From Octopus vulgaris (taxonomy: Eukaryota): 64,000 bases of DNA. The DNA is taken from assembly GCA_951406725.2 (NCBI GenBank), contig OX597817.1, positions 96,906,001-96,970,000 on the forward strand, in the 5' to 3' direction. The position numbers were made by a program, and so were the translations under genes. Shown piece by piece: positions 39,866 through 51,384 of the stretch. Each line of letters begins with the position of its first letter. The first letter of the stretch is position 1. Below the pieces are notes generated by a model. The model was given only the letters and a program-made list of their open reading frames with translations, ran no database searches and had not been told where the DNA came from.

Positions 39866-41270
39866 TGGATGTTCTGGGGTATCAGGTTGTTTCAGGTTTT
39901 TCAATATCATACCTCACCTCTCGCCCAGTTGACCTGACTGGGGCTGACCAAGCACCTGCAAACTTTATCTCAATAACAGAAAACTCTATCCAAACCCACT
40001 TTGTAGCCTTCTCTGCAACTTTAGTGATGGCATTTATAGTCCTTCCCTTTGCTACACCAATAATTCCAAGCCTAGTCAAAGCTTTCAGGAACGAATGCCT
40101 CACAAAACCTCAGCAGCCCAGTTTTATTGCCTCATAACTGGTCTACCAGCTCTGATTTCTCCACTGCTCTACCAGCTCCTTGGTATTTAGCATGCTTCCT
40201 TACATGAGCTTCCTCCATGTATCCTCCAAGTGTATGGTTAGTTCCCTCATGAGTACCTGTTTGATGGAACTTGAGATCATTTTGGCTGGGAAGAGTGTTG
40301 CTGGTACAATGTGATCTGGGAACTTTAAGATCTGCTCTCAATTGCCAGTCTGGGGCTGAGGAAATTAGGCATGAGAGTAATTGAAGTTTCAACTGGACTT
40401 CTCCTTGGCTCTGCGAAAAGTGATGACTTCTTTCCTGGGATGGTATTTACTGGGATTGAATGGCTGTTGATAACACATCTGCAACTGCCCTGACCATCTC
40501 GCTGTGCCACATGCAGTAGCAACCATCAGCTAAGGCTCTGTGGCAGCTGCTGAGGTGGTGTTAAAGGGTCCTTCTATGAGTGCACAAGGGACTGATCAGT
40601 GTTTCACTTCTGCCCTGTGTATGAAAATTTGATGGACTTGGTAAAGTATCATAGACAGCCTAGAAATATTAGAAATCTGATATGTTGGACGTCATCCCAC
40701 AAGATAGCCAAGCAGGTGATGTTCCACTAATGTATATTGGCTTATCTAATTCAGGCTTCTTGTTGGCTGAGTCCCATCATCCTGCTAGTCCTTGCTTCTT
40801 CAACACTTGTTGAAGTAGGTGTTGTTTTTCTTTTCTTTTTGTGCTTCCAGTCTGGTGAGTTGGCAAGTATCTCAATCCTGATTGCCTTATTTCCACAGTC
40901 TCACCCAGAGTCCACTGCCTCAAATGTTCCCCTGTCACCAACAATTCTCTGGTGGCACTCCACTTCCTACCTCTGTGAATTTCAATGCCAGCTTCTGCTA
41001 CTTACATGTCACTACTGAGAAGCCACTGAATGGAGTAATAGGTTGACTTGTACAGAGCAACACTACTTAGGCTCCCTGGTAAGCTAAGCCACCTCCTCAA
41101 AAACTGCTGAACTTCCTCAGCATGGTTTCCACAGTTGACAAGCTGACATCAGCTGATAACAGGGGCCACAAAGTTCTGGGCAGTATGATATGCTGATATA
41201 CCCAATCTTTTAAGCAACAAGATTTGTCAGCCTTAATAAGCCAATACAGTTCTATATTTAAGAGATGAGA
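39866..41270 (-). mobile_element. Degenerate HERO/NeSL-type (restriction-like endonuclease) non-LTR element
   Basis: W.YQHIILPR.LWPLL, WQLRADL, EEAHVRKHAKY, KVAEKATKWVW motifs. Confidence 0.75.
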
Positions 41271-41284
41271 AATTACATACATTA

Positions 41285-42725
41285 TTTACATTATAAGTGA
41301 TGGTAGCTACAACGAAGTAAAGAAAGACCTAACTCTAAAAACAGAGAGGAAGTTGTCACAGATCTTGATCAAGAACAAGGATCACTTTACACCAATGAAG
41401 TACAGACAACTGACTCAACACTACAGTAAATTACCACACAAGTATGGTCTCCCTAAGATTCACAAGGATAGTATTCTATTAAGACCTATAGTGCGCTGTA
41501 GAGGTTCAGCGTGTCATCCACTGAGCACCTTCCTTGTGGATATAATCAGTCCATTAGCTGGAAAGTCAACATTGTATGTGAAGAATTCCACCCACTTCAC
41601 AGAATTGATCGAGGATACTCCCCAGTGAATCCCAGATGGTGAGTCTAGATGTGATAAGCCTGTTCACCAAAGTCCCAACTGGTGAAGCACTATTGGTGAT
41701 TCAAGAAAAACTGGTGACAGACACCCATCTAAGAGAACGCACTAGTATACCAATAAGAAACTTGATGGAAATGTTGAACTTCTGTGTAGAAACTACCTAC
41801 TTCAATATGGACACTGATATATATCGACAAGAAGAGGGTTTAGCTATGAGTTTGCCATTATCAGCAATAATAGCCAATATATACATGGAAAACTTTGAGA
41901 ATTTGGCTTTAGGATCAACACCACTAAAACTAACCCTATGGCTACGATATGTTGATGACACCTTTATACTCTGGCTCCACTAGGAAGATGTCCAAGTGCT
42001 GTTAGATCATGCGAACTCTATAAAGTTATCCATACAATTCACAATGCAAAAGGAAAAAGACAATCAGCTGGCATTCCTGGACGTATCAATAACATGCACC
42101 AAGTATGGATTCAGGACAGCCGTATACCACAAGCCAACCTTCCCTGGACGATACCTCAACTTCATTCCCATCATCCATACAGTGTAAATGGAGGGATTGT
42201 TCAGTGCCTAAAACATCGAGCAAAGAATATAAGTAGCAATCGTGATATCCACCATGAAGAAATTATCAAGCTCAGTAACAATCTATTAAGCAACAGCTTC
42301 TCCGGAAACATACTCTCCACTCCAATTATGAAGAAAAGAGAGGATGAAACCAATAAACTGTCCACAGTCTGTCTACTCTATGTGAAAGGTCTCTCGGAGA
42401 AGATACAAAAGATATGCAGCCCATATGACATCAGGACAGTATTCAAAAGTAATACAACACTTCGCAAATATCTCCTTCGAGTAAAACCACCCATAGAAGA
42501 AAATATGACCAAGAAACTGTGTGTACTCCATCCCATGCAGCTGTGGTAGGTTATACAAAGGTGAAACATGCTGCCCCCTCAAAATAAGGGTAGAGGAACA
42601 TCGAAAATCTGTGACACAGAGAGATATTGATAAATTGGATATAACTGATTATGTATGGAAAAATGGAGACCCCTCTCCCTGCAGGATGAAGTTAAAATAC
42701 GAAAATTAAAAGAAGCAGCACATGT
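41285..42725 (+). mobile_element. Penelope-like retroelement (RT + GIY-YIG), decayed
   Basis: YGLPKIHKD..LRPIV, VSLDVISLFT, GLAM..PLS..IANIYME, LRYVDDTF, FLDV, YSIPCSCGRLYKGET..R..EH. Confidence 0.93.
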
Positions 42726-42729
42726 GGCC

Positions 42730-45700
42730 TTGGGTTGCCATGGAAACAGGGTCACATACTCAATGACCTCAAGTCATTAAGTTTAGATATAGGGGCTATC
42801 TTTGAAACCAGACTCTCTGACTGACAGACATTCATGTCCTCTTTTAGTGGATACAAGATTTATTTATCATTATGTCAACTAGGATTGTGGGGTGGAACAG
42901 TGGTGTTTTTCCAGAGTGGTCTAGATCTGAAAATAAGGACTATCTCTTTGGACCCAGAAGGTAAATTGGTGGTCCTGGATGAGAGCAGTAGTAATGGGGG
43001 TGCCTTTAGACCGGTGGCTGTTTATGCTTTGACAGGGGCATGCCAGCCAGATCTCTTCAGCCATCTGGAAATTTTCCTGTGACTATCTCAACCTTTAGTA
43101 CTAATAGACGATTGGAACACCATCTTGGATGCATGTTTGGATTGTGTGGGGCTAGCTGTTAGAAGAGGAAGTGGTGCAAAAATCTTGCAAACCTGTTCAG
43201 ACGTTTTCAATTGTCTAACAGGTGCTGACTGGATTTCCCCAACGTGCCAGTGTGGACATAGACAAACACATCAGGTCATCAAATTTATATCTAGATAGAG
43301 TATTCTGTAGGCTGGTAGATAAGGATAGTATAAGTTGTTCCCTTTTTATAATTGTCACCTACACAGACCACAAGTTTGTGATCTGCACAGTTTACCTAGA
43401 TATACTTCATAGGCCTGGTTACTGGAAGCTGAATGCATCACTCCCAGCATGCCAAGTTTCAGAGATTAACGAATTAGCCAAGTGGGCATTAACGGGTTTA
43501 ATAATGAGCAACAGACAGTTTATTGCCCTGATAAGGGCAATTAGAGTAGAATCAATTAGGTTTAGTAAAGCATTAGCAATAGAAAGGAACAGAATAGAGG
43601 AAAACTTAGAAACTTAGAAGAGATGCTTAGGAAAAGCATCACAACTGACATACTGGCAGCAAGATTGGCTCTGAATCAATTCTTTAACACTAAGCATGAA
43701 GGATGGATTGTCAGAGCTAAGGTGTGTGCTGTAAGAAACAAGGGAACAAAAGCCACTTGATGGGCTCAAATGGAAGAGGTGCTACATGACAATAAAACCA
43801 CAATTCTGTCTTCGGTGGACCAAAATGAGTGTACAGTACTCAAAGCCCAAGTAGATGTATGCAGCAATTCAGCAGCACATCACCCAGCTGTTTGGAACAA
43901 TTGGCACCCTGGAACACAGGATGGTCTTCAGTGCCTACCTCAGTGGTATGTTACAACTTGCAACATAGGAGCAGAGCTGTGGTGTGAACGATGAAAGAGG
44001 ACAACAGAAAAAAGGAGAATGGAAATATAATTAGGCCTTACCTCGGCGAAGATTAGTCTACCGAAAACTCAGCGAAGTTCAGATCTCTCTCAGCCAGCTC
44101 AATACGTCTTGTGCCTTCGTCATCTCAGCCGCAACTGCTGCTTCCTCGATGCCACACGTGCGTCGTCCCTCGCCGCTTCCGCTTCCTACTGCGCATGCGC
44201 CCTGCAAGCCCTACTTCCGCCCTCCCCTATCTGTCATCCTCTCCATGCGCCCTGCAAGCCCTACTTCTGCCCTCCCCTATCTGTCATCCTCTCCACCGAC
44301 ACCACACGCCCCCCTGATCTACAGATCACTGAACCGACTTTTTCACTCGCTGCCCGCTCCCGAACTCGCACCTTAAATGGTTTCATTATCAGCCAACCAG
44401 GAAGGAGGGTGCCGTTCCCTCTGTGGTCACAGTGCAACCCTAGGACTTGTTCCTGGTATGTTGCTGCTGGCCTCATCATCCTGTCTACTGGTGTTGTTTT
44501 CATCTTGCCCACTGCTGCTGGTCCCATCCTCTGAGGCATGGACAATCCTCCATGTATCCAAAACGTGGCGTGGCATACCATCGACCGAGATGTTATTCTT
44601 TGAATTTACAGAGGTTATTGTCCCCTTTCCCCATTGTGATGTACACCGTGCGTTTGGGGGTTTTACCCAGACTTCCTCCCCGACCTGCACGAAGGAGTGC
44701 TCTTCCTCTGCCCTGGGTCGCATTGATGTAGTACACGGATGCCTCCACTCGTACCTGAATATTGCCCTGTGTGGCACCGACTCCTCAGCCTGTCCTGATC
44801 TGGGTGACATATTGTACCAAAACACGGCCTTGATTGGTGAAATGTGACCCCTCTCTGCCATGGCCTTGATGGTACGATGATGCCTTTCCACCACCCCATT
44901 TCCACTTGGCCAGTATGCCGCCCTGAAGAAGCGGTTGACCTTTCACTCATCAAGCATTTCTTTCAGCACATCTGAGCGAAATGCAGTGCCATTGTCCAGA
45001 AGCAGTTCACCCACGGGGCCTCGTTCCAGGAATATCTCATTCAACACTTTTACAATTTCTTCTGCGGTCCCCGTCTTCATCTCCCTCCATATGGCCAACC
45101 GCCCTGGTCCGCAGTCAACCATTGAGAGGTATGTCCCCTGCCGGTAGTGTGTTATGTCCACCGCCAGTCGTTTCCAGTCCTGGTCCACTGGAATACTTCC
45201 CGCTTCATGTATGACCGGAGCAGAGTCGATGGACTGGCACCTGTCACAACTGCTAACCACTCTCTGCATGCTCTGTCTTGTTACGTTGGAGTCAACTTTT
45301 CTGGCTAGGAACAATGTCCTGTCCACACCCATGTGATGCATGGTGTGCAGTCTCTGCAACTCCGAGTCGCTCAGATGGCATACTGCAGCTACAGCCTACT
45401 TCGCATCCTCTGGCACCTGCAACCAGGCTCGCTTTACTCTGGTCAGGACGTCTGCCCTGTTCTTCTTGGAAGGCACAAAGATCACGCTCAGCTTCAGATT
45501 GAACTCAGTGGTTAGTTCACGCAGTATTCCCAATCGACGCTTTACCAGCATCTCTGCAGCCCCTTTGATCCGCACCCTCTGCTCATCGGTGATGACTGCT
45601 GTCACCCAACCAAGTACAGTGGCCGAATCAGTCCTGATTTCTATGGTGTGCAACCCCCACTTCAAGGCTAGGTTCACCCCCTTCAACACGGCATCCAACT

Positions 45701-48700
45701 CTGCCACGTTGATATGATTGCAGTCATCCGTCTTCCTGAGCCAGGCTGCATCTTCCACCATGACACCTCCCACTTCTAAAACAACCCCTATTGCGATGCT
45801 ACTGGCGTCACACCATACGATCCCGCTCTTTGATTTGGGAACATACCAGCTGCCCCTCACTGGGTCCTCTGCTCCTACTGTGACCAAGACTTCCTGCATC
45901 ATATCGATCGTCCTCTCCCCCACTCTATCATTCCACTTCACTCCTTCGGCTCGTCTCTTGATGAAGCTACATGCTGTTCAGAGCCAACCTGCAATCGGGT
46001 AATGTCCCACCAGCTTCCCAAACACAGAGAACAGTTCCCGTCTACTCATGCTGGCGCCCAGTTCAGGGACCTCATTCCCTCGCCGGAACACCAACACGCC
46101 GGCCTTGTCTCCCCATAGCTTGAGGCCCAGTGCAGCACCTCCCTCCATTGCTTCTGGCGGCTTGGCGATCAGTCCAAAACTCTTCAGGTGGCCTATGACC
46201 TCCATTGCTGGTATCACGGTTTCATCCACCAGAATGTCATCAATGTACGAATTGGTGGCCCTTTTTACTCTGTCCACCTTCCCCAGGATAGCCTTGAGAA
46301 TTGTTGCCATAATCTTTGGCGCTGAATTCAGCCTGAATCCCAACCTGGTCAGACAGTACGTCCGGCCCTTATACCTGATGAGCTGGTACTTCCATAATTT
46401 CTCAGCCACATGCACCTGTAGGTATGCCGACTTCAAATCAACAATCGTGGAGGCCCCCGTTATCTGCCTCCACTCTCGCAATGTGTCTCTGCAGACATCC
46501 ATGGCCTTGCCGCCTGTATGACACGACACGTGGTCATTCAGCTCTCGGAAGTCAAGCACTGGCCTGACCTTATGCTTTGTGGGCTGCATCACTGCCATCA
46601 GTGGCAGGACTCCGCTCTCTTCTTTTTCCCAAGGGATCAATATGCCCTCCTTAATCCACCGCTCCACCTCCCCCTCGAACTCGCTTCTGGCATCTCCTTT
46701 TAGAGTATGCTGATAGCAGCCCACTTTATTCTTTAACATCGGGGGCTCTCCCTTCCAGTGCCACTCCACTGTCCACCTCTTGCCATCAAAGACAGCCCGA
46801 AAATCCTGGTCTTCAATGGTGTGCACAGCATCCTTTTCCTCATGGTTGTCGCCGGTGCATGGTCTCGCCCTACACAGTTTCCCCTCTAACCCAAACGTTA
46901 CACCAGCCTCATTAACGGTAACACCTCCCAAGCGGGTGATTGCATCCATCCCCATCACCACGTCAATCTCGTCCACCAAGTGACCAACCACAATCGCTCG
47001 CAACGTCAGCTGTAGTCCCTGCACTACAATCTGCGCATCTGTAACCCCTTCGCAGTGTACTTCTCTTCCGTCGACAGCCCTAACACTGCTTCCTCCACTC
47101 CACGTCTCTGCCACTTCTGTAGTCATCAGGGTCGTTGTACAGCCCGTGTCCACAAGGGCTCGCGACATCTTCCCCTCCACCAGAATGTCGACCACAGGTA
47201 GCGATGATAAACACGCCTCTACTGATCAAAAGGGACAACTACCAGCGCAGTAGTCTCCTGCAGTCCGTTTCCCTGCAGACACTCACTGGCTATATGTCCC
47301 GGCTCTCGACACCGGTAGCAAATCACCTCAGGCTTGAGTGACATGCAGTCACGCACCATGTGTGGACCTTGGCACTGGAAACACTGTCCTTTGAACGGTC
47401 GCACATGTTCTTTCTTTAGCCCCTCTCCGCTGCTCCTAGCTGGGCCACTTTTCGACGTTGCAGTCGCTGCTACCGACGTCATCCTGCTGCATGTTCGGAA
47501 GCTTCTGTAGCTCGACCGACATGTTGTCGGGAAAGCCAGTCACGAATGCCAACCTAACCGTCCTGTCCAGCGACTCTCCCTCGTAACCCGCCAGTTTAGC
47601 CAGTCTTCTAAGTTCATTGGCAAACACGTCCACCTGTTGCCCAGTCCATCTCGTTCTACCCAGGCAAGTGTATACCTCGAACATTCCCTCTGCAAAGGCC
47701 TCCATCAACCAGATTTCTACTTTCTCCGCGCTGAGTTGGTCCATCTCCTCCATCTCTAAATACAACGCCAACGCCGGGCCATCCAAGTACAGCGGCATGA
47801 AGCTCGCCAGGTCACCTATACCATGGAGCTTCGCCACCAACTTCACTTTCTTCAACCAAGCGACCACATCTGTGTCGCCGCAAAACGGTGTTATAAGTTC
47901 GTGCGAAACACGGGCACTCTTCATCATTTTTATTTATAAAACCGATTGTTTATATGCCAAAATAGCTTGTGGTGTGAACGATGAAAGAGGACAACAGAAA
48001 AAAGGAGAATGGAAATATAATTAGGCCTTACCTCGGCGAAGATTAGTCTACCGAAAACTCAGCGAAGTTCAGATCTCTCTCAGCCAGCTCAATACGTCTT
48101 GTGCCTTTGTCGTCTCAGCCGCAACTGCTGCTTCCTCGATGCCACATGTGCGTCGTCCCTCGCCGCTTCTGCTTCCTACCGTGCATGTGCCCTGCAAGCC
48201 CTACTTCCGCCCTCCCCTATCTGTCATCCTCTCCACCGACACCACAGTGTAAGGCCAATAACAGCCATGGAAATATGAGATGCACAGGAGATGCAGATGG
48301 AGGATGATGGGCCATGGAAATATGGGTTGCATGGGGAGCAAATCACATGGTTTGGATGGTCTTCCCTACAAGCTTTAATTTCATATGCCAGACTTATTTG
48401 GTGGCCTTTTAGTAGATATCTACTGCAACTGGTAGCAGAATGGAAGAATTCTTAGTTCTGTAAGTTGAGGAGTGGTGGCTCTGCTGAGAAAGGGCCCAAA
48501 CAAGGGGTATCAAATAAAAATTTTTAGGCCCATAACACTGCTGAATGCAGATTTCAAAATTTTGGCCAAGGTGTTAGCAAAGAAGTTGGTGCTTGTTGAG
48601 GAACTGATTGGTGAAGCACAATCCCAAGCAGATCCATCCATGACATCCTCCACCTCATGTGATACATCATAGACAGGAGTCCTGATCAATTTGGATCAAT

Positions 48701-49060
48701 TTAAAACCTTCGATAGAGTTAACCCCCAATACTTGACAGCCATCCTCACGGTAGCCAGCTTTGGTCCCATTTTCTGTGGCTTGATTGCTGCAATGTACAA
48801 TGACATTTATTTGATAATTCAGGTGAATTGTTACCTATTAGAATCATTCAGCATCATGTGCTTGGTCTTTCAAGTTTGCCTCCTCTTGTTTCTTCTGTAT
48901 GAACTGGCTCTAGAGAGAGCCACTACTATGGAAATTGGAGGCATCCCATGTGAACCACCACATCAGCATACACAGATGATGTCACTGTCATAGTGTCAAA
49001 CATCAAGCACATACGCCTGGTTGGCATTGCTTTAAAGAAATATGAGACTGATAGATACTG
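42730..49060 (+). mobile_element. Degenerate Tx1/L1 element split by the Gypsy insertion (42730-43977 and 48247-49060)
   Basis: YLDRVF, TDHK, PGYWKLNASL before, and RPITLLNADFKILAKVLA, DQFKTFDRV after the insertion. Confidence 0.8.
43978..48246 (-). mobile_element. Compact full-length Gypsy/Ty3 LTR retrotransposon (gag-PR-RT-RH-IN), a few stops/frameshifts
   Basis: LTRs 47968-48246 (5') and 43978-44306 (3'), TGTGGTGT..ACACCACA; PPT AGGGGGGCG; two zinc knuckles, ALVDTGC, YIDD, WCDAS, HH..CC, VDITH/LDNG/VERHH. Confidence 0.95.
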
Positions 49061-49518
49061 GAACTGAGACTTACATAGTCAACCTACAGAAAGTGCCATC
49101 TTCACTACTTAGTTTTCTTCTTTGGATTCCTCCCAGGGCTGATAGTCTCTTTCTTTCACTATTTTGTGTCTAATTCAGGCATTAGACTCCTTTCTTCTCT
49201 GACATTTTTTCTTCATCAAAGTAAAATTTGTCTTCATCTAGGCTATTGTTTCTTTTTTGAGGTTTCATTGGCCCCTCTACCATTCCATGTTCTTGTTCTA
49301 CTCATTTTTTTTCTTGCTCAATGTAGTCATGTTTACATTCTTTGATTATTAAGAAGACCTCCAGTTTCAAGTGCAATAACCAATGTCTTTTCACAATTAG
49401 ATTTTTCTGACCTAGAAGTCTTTGATAGGGAACATGTCTTTCTCTATCCATATTACTATAACTATTATTATTACTATTCAGTGAAAGGGTAGTGAATGCC
49501 ATCAGAGTGGTGATCTCA

Positions 49519-49940
49519 TGGTGATCTCATATCAAGATAAACAGCACATGATCTTGCAGGTGGGGGCCCAGTTAGAATTTTCTTCAGGTTGAGTAGCCCA
49601 TCCCATTCAAAAGGTCCCTGAATAAGATTTGTTTAAAGATGATGAACAAAACACCCATGTTTCCAGAGGTGAATTATTCAAACCCCAAAGAAAGCCACTC
49701 AACACATGGCTATAATGTTCCCCCACTACTTCTGCTCAGAGATGCACATATCGTCAGCCATCAAGGGATATGCTCAACTGGTTAAGATCAAGCAACTGAC
49801 AAGCAAATCTGTGGTATTGAGCAGAATATTTGCTGTAGCCCATCTTTTATACCAAGACAAAACAATGCACATGATACCACTTCCAATCAGTTAAGATCGA
49901 AAGCCATGAGGGTCACTGCCTGATACTGCATCAGGGCATT
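49519..49940 (-). repeat. Probable solo LTR/pLTR-like interspersed repeat with CCAAT and TATAAAA motifs
   Basis: Minus strand begins TGCCCTGATG and ends ATCACCA; ATTGG at 49883-49887, TATAAAA at 49845-49851; family resemblance recalled, not verified. Confidence 0.35.
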
Positions 49941-51384
49941 TATTTATATTACTGGTCTATCTGAACAGCAATATTAGTAACAAGTTGAAGTTCACTGTTG
50001 TTGCTGTTAACTGTAAGGAGTCAAAGATTTTCTTTGATTCAATAGACATGCAATCAGACATTTTATCCATGACCAACTCCAGGTGAGGGTAACACAAGAA
50101 TCCTATAAAACAGTAAAAACAATTTTGCAATAAGATAACGGGGATTTCACACCAGCTACAGGACCACACATTTTAGGGTTGAACGTGTATGGCCTATAAT
50201 TGGTTTGGAAAATAAGTCTGCATAATAAACAACTAGGGCTCCCAGTGCATAAGCACTCACAGAACTGAATGATCTCATAGATTTTGCTGTGTTCAGTAGG
50301 TTTTGATTGAGTGGAGTGGTAATACAAATTTCAAAAGGCTTAAATCTTAGAGTAAGGATGATCTTTCTGTTGGTGTACATGAGGAGCAGTCAGTGCATTG
50401 CCCTGAGGTTGGCAGCTGTTTTTACCTGGATGAAAGCCTGGTAGTCAATTGAGATACAGCTTCTAGATAAAAACTTGGTTAGTGAAGGTTTATAATGTCA
50501 ATTCTAGCACTGAGAGCCAGTTTAGCCAGCTAGTTAAGTGAGATTTGACAGATGCCATCATCTATATAAATAAAGTGAAATTCTATTGGTCTGGAACACC
50601 TGTATCTCAGTCTACATTTGCTCTACATAGACATATTATACCTTTTTGGAATCTGGATGATCCTGGGATTGCAAATCTGACCTTCATTTGGTTTTTGAAC
50701 ATCCAGTATTGGGATCTGATGTAAGAGCATTTGGGCTGCTATTTCTAGCAGGTAAGGTGGCCGTGAGAGGTTTCAAACGGTTTATAAGAGTTACCTCTCT
50801 TGGCTATAAAAATAAATGCAACATTCTGTATTAGAAAACTGACCAAAGCTTTTTTAAATTTAATACCAAAACTTTGTGACCGCTACCTCTGTTGCCTACA
50901 ATAACACAATTAACAAGCATCAAGTATAATCACTGACCATGGGAAAAGCACTGCTGCATGAGGTGAACTCATGCAGCAGTGTTTTCCCATGGTCAGCTCT
51001 ATGCTGGTTGTTCCAGAGTTGGAAATGGCAACAATTTCTACATACTAACACCAAATGGTAAAACCAAGAATGTTCTTCATCCTGCTGCTTCACTGTGAAG
51101 TCCAAATGTCACAGTGGTACAAAATTCTCCAAATGTGATACTCTGTGACATAAATCTAAGATAGGATACCAATAAATGTTTTATTATTATTGCTCTCTTT
51201 AGTTTTGGGTTGAAGGACCAATTAACCCTCCACAGGAGCTATCTTAAAAGTCAGCACAGAGTGCAGCTTTTAAGCTAGTAATTAATGAATGGAAGTTGAA
51301 AATAAAACTAAAATAGAATTACTTAACTTTTAGCAAATGACTTTTGTTCAAAACTGGTAGTTTAGAATGGAATATAATAAACAG

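Noticed and set aside
49700-49740. U1 snRNA-like GTAGTGGGGGA on the minus strand
   Set aside because: Match is only ~11 nt with no other U1 features
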